Notes under the pieces: generated by a model
What the model saw: only the letters and a program-made list of their open reading frames with translations
Told to the model about the DNA's origin: nothing
Database searches by the model: none
Source: Lingula anatina
Taxonomy: Eukaryota > Animalia > Brachiopoda
DNA: 64,000 nt
NCBI GenBank assembly: GCA_051362555.1
Contig: CM120648.1
Span: 8,304,587 to 8,368,586 of the forward strand
Reading direction: 5' to 3'
Program-made: the position numbers and the translations under genes
Shown: positions 37,858-48,454 of the stretch, in pieces
Position numbering within the stretch: the stretch's first letter is position 1
Layout: each line of letters opens with the position of its first letter

Positions 37858-38045
37858 CATCTAGTGCCAACCAGGCCCCTCTGAATACGCGTATAGTGAA
37901 ATTTCATTTTAGACCCAGGCCAAACTGGGTAGTCCTCTGCGTATGTCATGTCTATGATTTCATGGGCTGCAGGGCTCCAGAGCGCATGTGTAATATGGCT
38001 GCGCATGCATAGCAACACAAACAGAAGGAAAGTAGCTGGCGCCAT
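37858..38045 (-). pseudogene. Orphan first coding exon (copy 7) of a copy-5-type cyclase gene; possible alternative first exon for copy 6
   Basis: MAPATFLLFVLLCMRSHITHALWSPAAHEIIDMTYAEDYPVWPG...GTRW, 188 nt, with an in-frame 6-nt deletion relative to copy 5. Intact donor TG|gtatgt. It has no exons 2-3 of its own. Confidence 0.75.
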
Positions 38046-38319
38046 TTTGACTGAAAAACAAATAAAAGAGACATGCAACTTTCTATTATAATCCTCATAC
38101 TGTAAGACACGCAATAAAAACACAGATTAATTTCAAGTATTTTGCATAGGCCTATATGATTAACATGTATAAAAACTTGTTTGTGCAAATGCAGGTACTT
38201 TGTACATTTGAATACAATATACATGTATACCCTGGATGTCCATTTGCTCGTTCTCTATTGCCTTCACAACATTTTGTAATTAAAACAATAAAAATCACAT
38301 TGTATATTCAATGCGCAAA

Positions 38320-38365
<46 letters not shown>

Positions 38366-39864
38366 AAAAAAAAATCCCAAACATGAACACTATTTTATAG
38401 AAACGCAACTCACGTGAACTTCTGCACAATGAATCTGAGACTTCACCGAATCAGAACGAATTTAAAAAACGCAGACTTTTAAGCCTTCTGAACTAAAAGC
38501 CAGCTTGTACATTTTGTGACCTCGTGATTGCCAAACGTACCCTGTTCCAAAACATCGTTTGTTACTTTTATGTACAGGCGCAGTGTGTTGGCACATACAT
38601 GTAGGCCTATAGATAAACTGTATCTGTCGTCGTTGACATGCTTTTTTTTTACTTCACCGTTACTGCAATTGATGGAAAACCGTGTTACTCATTATTTTAT
38701 AATAGCATGTACAGCTACTAAGATTTTTTTAAACTCATAGAGAGGGCAAAGAATTTGCCCAATGGCAAGTTTAATCAGATGAGGTATTGTCACTGATGGG
38801 TGGGGGAAGTAGGTACCTATATTAAATATTGTTTTCCTTTTCAGTCTGTGGCTTCGTGCCTGGAACGAATTACATGCATGCCAGAACCAGCGTTGCGAAC
38901 TGCAGAACAGAATAAATATTTATTGCCATTTGCTCTTTACTAGACACGACTAAGTCCAAACACTCCGTTCTGCACAAATATTATACTGTAATATACTATA
39001 ACTTGTCATGAACTTTGGAAGAATACTACCAGTTGGACTATTGAATTGAAATAAAGGCAAAATTACTCTGGACTCTTGTCATGTTGATCTGATTATTAAT
39101 TCAGGGTTGTATTCCTTACAAGACTTACATAAACCAATCAGAAAAGAGGACCATTAATAAGCCAGTTGTTTTCCATTTTTTGCTACTTTATTATTTCTCA
39201 GTTATAACGCCGAGAATAATTTAAAATATAGGTACAGTACAATATAATCTATCTGTTGTAATCAGGCCCGTAGCCAGCGATTTCAAAAGGGGGGTTCTTT
39301 TTCTAAAAATGTGGACCTTTTACTATGAAACCCTCGTGTACTTAGATAAAATTTCACCCAAAGGGGACCTTTTCCAAGCAAAAAAGAGGGTGGTTCTTTC
39401 TTTCCCCCCCTGGCTACGGGCCTGGTAATGTACTGGGTACCACCAAGTAGCCATACCTTTGCCTTCTTACCGTCTCCCGAACGACACTGGAAAATTAGGG
39501 TTGGTTTCACATCTAATGAAACTAAATAATTATTTTATTTGGTGTCAAAACTAGAAAAAGGCTATCACGGAACTCAGTATCTTTGATACTGGTACAGTGT
39601 ATCACTCTGGAACATAATGAAATATAATGTGGGAAAATACTTGTGCGTTTATAACCAATACAATGAAATAACAAGGTTTTACTAAAAAAATGTTATGTAT
39701 ACACATTCACTTGGATAAAATAGTCTTACAATTTCATGTTTTTTTCGCTTATCGTTTTGATACCGAGCAACTTAATTCATTAGAAGTTTAGAGGGCGTGT
39801 TCTCTTTTATAATCTGTATTTGAAAAACGATTTTAATCACAGGTCGAGTCTGGACCTTTGCATA

Positions 39865-40079
39865 GACCCCATTCCCAGAGATTAGATCGATCTATTTTAG
39901 ATCGACTTAACGCCCTGGGGGTTCACGCTAAATAGCTGTCAGCCGAGTGGGCACGAAAGTTAATTACCCCCTTACAGCTTGTAGTAAGCGGGACGGACAT
40001 TTAAGCCGGATTATCTGACAGTAATCTAGTGAGACTCACCGCGGTGATAGATCGATCTAAAAGCTCTGGGAATACGCCC
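39865..40079. mobile_element. PIF/Harbinger-like MITE (3-bp TSD ATA here, TAA in other copies); copies at 48646-48869, ~62545-62680 (partial), 63165-63390
   Basis: gaccccattcccagagattagatcgatct ... agatcgatctaaaagctctgggaatacgccc. Empty site at ~33021-33035. Shared core taattaccccttacagcttgtagtaggcgggacggac. TAA flanks at 48643/48870 and 63162/63391. Confidence 0.8.
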
Positions 40080-40432
40080 ATAGTCTTGCATCGCATTCAA
40101 AATCAATACATGTACAGAACCGTGAGCAAAGGTTCGTGCCTGCTGGGGTCGGTAGCTCAGCTGATAGATAACAATGTAAGCGTGCTTAAAATATACTGTA
40201 ATATTTATTATGATCGTGTGTAATTTCTCACTTAATAACTCACTTAATATTTGAGACTGTTAAAAAAACTCTGAAAAAAATCGATCTTTGTCGTCTATTA
40301 TCCTCGAAGCATGTTCAGGAGTCTGTCTCAAGATATCGAAATAAAGTCAAAAGAGCGAAAACCCCTACTACCGGTATATACATGTAGACTTTTCATCAAT
40401 CATTTACATTTTTCAATTTAAAAAGACCTGCC

Positions 40433-41334
40433 TACGGAGCTTTGTTAGTATCATATTAACTTTTTTTATTTTCATTAAAGTTTTATGTCATGGAATTTTC
40501 ACCGCGGTGAAAATTATTTTCACCGTGGTGAAAAATAATTTACACCGCGGTGGGAATCAATTTTCACCGCGGTGGAAAATAATTTTCACCGCGGTGGTAA
40601 TTCCTGGCCATCTCGGCCCGGGTAATGCATACATGTAGGTTATACGAATCCAACAATTACCAGATGTCTGGAAAGGACGTTGATAAAGACAAGCATATGC
40701 ACATGCACGCGGTTTAACCGGTCTATGTGCCAATCATCCCAGGAATCTGGAGGAAGCAGGCAGTATTCGAATAGATTAAAAATCACTGAAATGCTGCAAT
40801 GTTGTACGTGGCTTTTCCCTTTATAATAACTTGTGCATTATTGGGAATATTGGTAGAAAAAAACTTTTCCGAAGAAACCGAGATTACATCTATTAAGATG
40901 AGATCTAAGAAACACATCACAAAATATTTAGTAATAACAATGGGATTCCCTTTGCATAAAACTGCAAGCGGGACTTTAATTTCATAGGTGGTAAATATAG
41001 ATGGGAAACTTAAGTTAACGGCAGTGGCCCCACGAACAGATCCACCAACCTTGTGTGTATGTAACAATAGCATGCACCGTGACGGAATCTGGCAAATGTA
41101 AGGTTCTCATTACCTATTCATCACCCGGGCCGAGATGGCCAGGAATTACCACCGCGGTGAAAATTATTTTCCACCGTGGTGAAAATTAATTCCCACCGCG
41201 GTGTAAATTATTTTCACCGTGGTGAAAATTATTTTCACCGCGGTAGAAATTATTTTCACCGCGGTGAAAATTCCATAAAATAAAACTTAAATGAAAATAG
41301 AAAAAAGTTAATATGATACTAACAAAGCTCCGTA
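40433..41334. mobile_element. Non-autonomous DNA transposon, ~190 bp TIRs containing palindromic sub-repeats, 6-bp TSD CCTGCC
   Basis: cctgcc-tacggagctttgttagtatcatattaact ... agttaatatgatactaacaaagctccgta-cctgcc. Empty site at ~33375-33390. Arrays of aaaattattttcaccgcggtg at both ends. Confidence 0.88.
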
Positions 41335-41387
41335 CCTGCCTGCATTTATGACAGTTTTTTTCATGCATGCTTAAATTTTGCAATGAC

Positions 41388-44300
41388 TTACAACAAGACA
41401 ATAAGGACACAAAATAAGGGCAAAAGCAATATAGCAAAAAGAGGACGTGACATAGGGCCATCTGAAGCTATTTCATCCGAGTTAAAACTAATTGCTGAGT
41501 TTTTCACGGCAACCAGCCTCGTTGGTGCTCCACTCCCGTCAACATGAAGCATATGAAAAACAAATGCGGTATATCCAGATGGCGGAAGCTTGTCGAGATT
41601 AGCCACAATCTCTAACGCGAGCCGCTTGGCGCGGAGAAAAGTCACGTGGGCCGGGAAAGATGTCGTCTGCCCTGCATCATAACTGATTGTGTCACTTCCG
41701 ACTCCGATGATTTTTCGATTGTTTACCAACCACTCAGCTGCCTCTCCTGAAAAACCGGGGACATGAAGGAGAGACTGTCCTTGATCATTTTCCCAGTGGG
41801 TGCGGTTAGCAGTTCCGAGGTACTTCTCATAATCATCTACGTATTTCCCCCATCCACTGTACAAAAATACCATGGCATTGTCCGGTATCCGACCGTTCTC
41901 ATATTCCCAATCATGGAGGTCTTGAACAGTCAACACGGCGTCCGGGTTGTTTGCGGCTTTTTTGGAAATATCCACTCGAATGGCCGGACCAATGAGGGTG
42001 TGGGCCGGAATTTGATGGATTCGCCACGAACCTTTGATGAAGTGTGCAGGCGCATCTAAATGGGTCCCAGCATGCTCTGGACTACAAAAATTGTTAAAAT
42101 CCACCCTGCAATGATATGTAGAATTTTACAGTTTTAAATTTTGAGTGTTTGTCAGATATGAGAGAGTGAGTGTCCCTATTCACCAATCAGAATGATATAA
42201 CAAGAGGAAATTTCAATATATTATACCGGGCGTACGAGGTCATAACGCAACGATCCAATCGGCATCGCTTACATTTACAGGTATTATCTTTGACAGGGAA
42301 AATGAGTGTCAATGGCACAACAGCCATTCACAACAGCGGACTATCAAGTCCGCGGATCAAATATAGCCACCCGTTTAAAAAGCTTGTCGTTTTATCCCCT
42401 TATCTGTACTCAAAGGATTCCCCGCGGGGATTACCCAACAAGCATTCATGTGGGTCGACTGTATTTGATCCGCGGTCCTCTGACCAGTCACGTGACCAGG
42501 TTACATGTACCAGGTCACTGAAACTCATTTCCTTGTTGAAGACCAGTCTTACCGATCACAACGACGTGTCGAGGAATTATTACCTGGTAGGTCCAGTATA
42601 TAAGACTGATAAGATTTTTCCTATGATGCTAGTCAGGCATATTCGCTTAAGGAACCGTCACCATGGACAGAAATGGCATTTTAAGGTATAACAACTGTTC
42701 ATTTGGCCCAAAAAAGGATTTCCCTGGGGAAAACGACAAATTTCGCCATACTTACCAATGGTTAATGAATCCGTTCCAACATTCAAAGTAAGTTCTTATT
42801 TTATTTTCCAAAAAGTTTGTTTAATTTTGCAATTGTCTCCTTAAAATAATTATTAAGGTAGCCATCTATGGAGGCCACGTGGTGACGGCAAGCAAAGATT
42901 CCAGGATAATTGCGTTTTGGTAATAAAATAGAAATAACTATATTTCTATAAGTTGTTTACAATGTATTTCTTGTGAAATATGCTTCTCATATCTCATATT
43001 TCTATCCTATTAACCTTATTATTTCGAAATAAATGTAAAACTTATGTTTGTATACGCACCACACAGAATTGTTGCCTATTTTCATATATCCTTTCTGTAC
43101 CGGAAGTAGTTTAAAGCTGGCCCTACCCGGCCACATCACCGTGTTGTTTCCAAGGGGATACGTAAGATCAACAACGTCTTCAGGACCGGGAGATATTTGG
43201 ACTGTTTTGAATGCAATGATCCGCAAGGGGGCGCCGCTGCCGTCCTTTATATTGACCGGTAGCATGGCAACTGAATATCCTTTGGTTGGAAGTTTATCTA
43301 AGTTTGCTACACTCTCTGCGTTAAAGATGTTCTTTTCATGGAGTGGAACGTGGGCCATATAAGAACTGCTTGGTCCTATTGAAGGACTATCAACTCCGAC
43401 GGCTGAGATTTTCCTGTTCTCTGCTAGCCATTTGGCGGCGCTCTGTGATACCGAGGGAAAGTGCAGATCGTTTTTCCAATCACCTGCCCCATCATAACCG
43501 TAATATGCTGAACTGTTGGTGTGATATTTTCCCCAACCCGTGTATACGAACAAGATGGCACCGTCTGGTATTTTGCCGTTGGCGCGTTCCCAGTTTTCTA
43601 CATCTTTTACCTCAAGGTTATAGTCGCGGTTGAGTGCCGCTTTGGCAGAAATGTCGACCTTTATTGCCGGACCAAAAAACCTGTAAGGAGGAATGTCCTG
43701 CACGTGCCATTTTCCGCGAGCAAAGTGCGCAGGCGCGTCCAAGTGGGTGCCCTGATGTTCTGGTCGGCATATGTCATTGTCCTCTAGCCTAATATGAAAG
43801 CAATGAATGACTGAAATTACCAACTGAAAAACGCTGCTTCTTCTGTGCAAAATGAATTTACTCAACGGATTTTATTCATAATTTGCGGAAATGTGGAAAT
43901 GTAGCATCCAAAACCGAAAATAATATAGTGTATAATTAATACGGCCTGCCCTGTCTGTGGACCTTCTACATTTCCTCTAACTAAAATTAGAGTTTCACCT
44001 TTTGGAGGAAGCAGACGATAAAAAAAACTTTTATCAAACTGAGACATGCACTAAAACAGAATTAAAATGGAAGAACAACTGTTCATAAGAGATTAAAATT
44101 TCACAATGAGTACATTGTAAACTCATAGAAATATAATGTACTCCATGTTACCACCAAAAAATCGGATGAAGTGCATCTTTATGGTCATTTTCGAGCGATA
44201 CGTACCAACCTGCACCGTACTTCCACTGGTCCCTTCTAATACGTGTATAATGAAACTTCATGTTAAACCCAGGCCAAACTAGGGAGTCCTCTGACATCAC

Positions 44301-44396
44301 GTACGTCATGTCTATGATTTCATGGGCGGCAGGACTCCAGTGCGCATGTGCAATTTGGTTGCATAGCAACGCAAACAGAATGGTATACGGTGCCAT
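41388..44396 (-). CDS. Double-domain cyclase-family hydrolase, copy 8; exons 44206-44396, 43060-43788, 41388-42105; 545 aa; signal peptide and GPI-like tail
   Basis: 191+729+718 nt in frame with GT-AG sites. Motifs EHQGTHLDAPAHF and EHAGTHLDAPAHF. Tail DEIASDGPMSRPLFAILLLPLFCVLIVLL. Confidence 0.88.
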
Positions 44397-44900
44397 TTTG
44401 ACTGGAAAAAAGAAGAAAAATTATCATTTGATGTGGATAGATATTCTGGATATTTTATCAAAATTGTCCAAGTATAATGTAAGTCACATCAAGAAGCTGG
44501 GTATTATTATTATTATTATTATTATGCAGTTCGAAGTAACTTTATCACATCTAAGAACTTGTTTGTGTTGTTGAAATACATGCACTATATATTTATACCC
44601 TCAAAGTCTAAAAGCCTAAAAGTCCTTACATGTTGAGTTAAAACGCTTGGTAGTAAGGAAAAAACTCATTCTTACACTCAATGCACAGAAGAAAAAAATC
44701 TTCTCATTGACACGTTTTATAGTAAACTCGCATGACAATTTTTGAACAATGAATCTGAAACGTCGCAAGACCCAGGTGAATTTTTTTAGGTATAAAAACA
44801 CAGCCTAAACTTAGACATACTCGGCGCTTGATGTGAACCCTGAAGTTAAAAAACTTAGTTTGTTACATTTATAACGTTACCGGTACTATGTATGGATCTG

Positions 44901-44905
<5 letters not shown>

Positions 44906-44961
<56 letters not shown>
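44906..44961. repeat. (AT)n microsatellite within a short insertion absent from the paralog at ~36740
   Basis: Directly visible; comparison of the duplicated blocks. Confidence 0.9.
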
Positions 44962-44964
<3 letters not shown>

Positions 44965-45782
44965 GAAAATGAGCACAGATTCTGTCCACTGTCAAATTGA
45001 GACAGACTGGGCATTTGCTCGGAATTTTTCACTGATTGGGTGGGCATGATATACGGGATAGCATTGCCTTGTACTCGTAACTTGACCTGTAGTAACAAGC
45101 CTGGAAAATGAACTAATGTATACTAAAACAGGGTGCAAAACTTCAGCGTAGAATAAATATTTACTGCCATATGCTCGGTAGGCCTACTCTCGGGGTAGAT
45201 ATAACTAAAACAAAATACTTCGTTGTGCTTAAATAGGCCCCGACTATTACTTGCCATGAACTTTGAAAGGACACTTCAGCGTTGAATAGCGTAAAACTCA
45301 ACTCTTACATTATTATTATTATTAACCTAACATTAGTATAAATTAAAGAGAATATTAATAGAAAGCCCCAATAAATTTTTACAATTTTGCATGGTAAACA
45401 TCAAACAATCAAACCAAAAAATCTGTTTTGTCTGTGTTTCTTGTTTGATTTTAGTGATTGTGTGGATGGTTCCCTTGAGAATGATATTAAAGATAGTTTG
45501 AAAATTATCTAGCAAATCTAGTGATCTGGTGGTGGACATACCTTGACTTTCGATTGTCTCCAGAACGCTAAAGGAACGAGTTCGAGCTCTGCCGACTCCG
45601 CCTCTCCGGGTTACCGTTGAACTTCGACTCGAACGTGCGGTATTTGCCAGAGATCTTTCACCCCGCTCTTGTTTATTGGATCACATTCAAGTCAATGTTA
45701 GCAAAAATAGGCCCCATTCCTATAGACACCATTGGTCTTCGAAGATCGATCCAACTCCATGGGGACTGTTGCAGAAGGCAAT

Positions 45783-45930
45783 AAGGGGTACCGGAGGAGA
45801 CGAGAATTTATCAGAATTGTACCTCCAGATAAAAATGACCACTCAGCTTCGCGTCTTACACCACTATACGTCACTTCCGGCACAATTCTGATAAATTCTC
45901 GTCTCATTCTCTTCTCCTACGGTACCCCTT
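45783..45930. mobile_element. 148-bp MITE with apparent 2-bp AT TSD
   Basis: at-aaggggtaccggaggagacgagaatttatcagaattgt ... acaattctgataaattctcgtctc...ggtacccctt-at. Empty site aggcaattggc at ~37531. Confidence 0.75.
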
Positions 45931-47240
45931 ATTGGCTAAACAGATAAACACGCGGCCTCCTGACGTTAAGTAGAATACATAAAAGCTGGTGATTATACGG
46001 GTACGTTGGAAACAAGAAGTGGTAAAGCTGATTTCACTCAGCGGTACTTCCCGCAGAGTTGGGTCGATCCAAGTAGACCGTTGGTGTCTGTGGGTATGGG
46101 GTCTTAGTTTCTACCAAAATGAATATACGCTTTCAAGATTGGACGTAAAGGCTCTGGAATTCCAGGCTACAGCGCTAAGCAATATGAGGGAGTGGAGGAG
46201 TGTTAAAGCGATAGGTTAGAGTCCCCAGCGTCACCCACGGCTACAGCAACCTGGAGAAAATGATAAAACTGCTTCTGTTTAAACATTGCGGAACGCGGTC
46301 CAGTAAAACGGTTGGGCAAATATTCACCAAAAACGTTATCGTACAATAATTACTTAATTTCATTAGATCCAACCAATTGTATGGAGGATCCTCCTCCGTT
46401 TCTGTCATCATCATTTGCATTCAGCGTGATCCCCTTATTATGTAGACCGGTTTAGGTACGATCGCAAGTCCAACGTAAACGAGTCCTTGCTGCAAGGGTT
46501 TGTGTTTGCATTGTTCTTTACATGAACTTTTGCAATCCCTAAATTATAGGCTTAAAACTCCTTATTAATAATATGTGCTGCCTTACATACGTTCTTTTGG
46601 GCAAAAGATAAACCTTCAGTGTTCAGTGACTAAATTAATTAACATTTACACATATGGCGGCACAATTGCGATTTTGGGGTAAAAACTGAAAAGTCGGTTT
46701 CTCAAATTTCTCCGTTAGCTGAGCATCTACGATCACCTTTTTTAACTCCAAAATCCTCCTAGCGATTTTTCTTAGAAGTCTTGGGTAAGATTTTATCGCT
46801 GATAAAACAAATTAATGCCTTTGTTTAATGAAAATCTGTAATTAGGGACTCATAACTACTTAACAAAAAAATCCAAACCGAAATAGCGGCACGGGATTGT
46901 ACACTCTAAGTCAACTCTGCCCATATTCGCGATAAAATCTTGTTCAGGGATGAAGTTAAGCCCCATACCGATCGCTTCCTTACCCAAAAATATAAAGGTG
47001 TTAAATTGACGATTAAAGCTTTGAGTTGCCTACGCTTATACATTGCAACGAGAAATATAAACACCAATATTTTATAGTTTCGATGTTTATGTTTTTTGTT
47101 GTTTTAAATCAGCACAAAGATAGATCCATTATTGAATGCAGGAAACCTCATTTTCGGTATCTGGATGATAATAAAGGGTTACAAGATCCTTAAGTCTAAC
47201 ATAACCGTTCCTATGCGGCAAAGGTTTATGTCTGCAATGT

Positions 47241-48454
47241 TTTTTCACACGGCCCTGGGCATGTAAAGGTTATGAATTGAGAGAGAAATGCTGGTGACTC
47301 TACTAATCCACTCGAAACCATTCACGTTATTGAACTTTGAAATAAGTAACGTTTTTTTAAGCACCAGATATATGGAGGGCGTTAAATTGTTTTTTTTTTT
47401 TATGGAATGTTGTCGTGTATTCTTACATTATCACAGGGTTAGCGAGGGATATACAGTGTGCCTGGAACCTAATGCTCCAGCCCTGGCCAAGGGTCTGGGG
47501 CCAGTAGGTTACACTGTATAACATTTGCCAGTCGATGTTTGGATCCTTACTAGAATTCGTGCGTCAAGCTGGTATGTGGACGACGTGGTATGGAGGAGGG
47601 GGTCTTTGGTTGCTACATGTCGAGAAAAAGAAAGAGAGAGTTATTGACATAGAGGGTGTCTTCTCATCTCTCTGTTTATATTCTTACGGGGGAAAGTGCA
47701 CGGTGAAGACTACGACGCCGACAGGCACATTCATTTTTGGGCACCAACTTTCTTAAACGATTAAGTTGTATGTGTAGTACCTACCAAAAAATTTGCATAT
47801 CAACTTTTATTGAATCCCTTGAAAATGCGACTTGAAGGTGGGTGATTTTTCACACGGCCCTGGGCATGTAAAGGTTATGAATTGAGAGAGAAATGCTGGT
47901 GACTCTACTAATCCACTCGAAACCATTCACGTTATTGAACTTTGAAATAAGTAACGTTTTTTTAAGCACCAGATATATGGAGGGCGTTAAATTGTTTTTT
48001 TTTTTTTATGGAATGTTGTCGTGTATTCTTACATTATCACAGGGTTAGCGAGGGATATACAGTGTGCCTGGAACCTAATGCTCCAGCCCTGGCCAAGGGT
48101 CTGGGGCCAGTAGGTTACACTGTATAACATTTGCCAGTCGATGTTTGGATCCTTACTAGAATTCGTGCGTCAAGCTGGTATGTGGACGACGTGGTATGGA
48201 GGAGGGGGTCTTTGGTTGCTACATGTCGAGAAAAAGAAAGAGAGAGTTATTGACATAGAGGGTGTCTTCTCATCTCTCTGTTTATATTCTTACGGGGGAA
48301 AGTGCACGGTGAAGACTACGACGCCGACAGGCACATTCATTTTTGGGCACCAACTTTCTTAAACGATTAAGTTGTATGTGTAGTACCTACCAAAAAATTT
48401 GCATATCAACTTTTATTGAATCCCTTGAAAATGCGACTTGAAGGTGGGTGATTT
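47241..48454. repeat. Near-perfect tandem duplication, 2 x ~605 bp
   Basis: cacacggccctgggcatg at 47246 and 47851. Identical 73-aa ORFs at 47535 and 48141. The only difference seen is one T in a homopolymer. Confidence 0.93.

Larger units (their letters stand above)
37608..46000. repeat. Tandem segmental duplication of 30786-37605
   Basis: aaatagaagacatgttttt at 30786 and 37608. Collinear exon 1, poly-A run, MITE, full gene and upstream region. Similarity ends at gattata(t/c)gg (~37605 / ~46000). Confidence 0.9.

Noticed and set aside
40495-40600. Palindromic ~21-bp repeats (also 41145-41270) as CRISPR, and the HRGENN-repeat ORF 41186-41461 as a protein
   Set aside because: They are sub-repeats inside the TIRs of a transposon with a TSD; no spacers.
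45570-46220. Loose inverted similarity between ~45700-45770 and ~46050-46110
   Set aside because: Too degenerate to define boundaries; probably an old foldback element.
47535-48362. Two identical 73-aa ORFs
   Set aside because: By-product of the 605-bp tandem duplication; no recognisable protein features.
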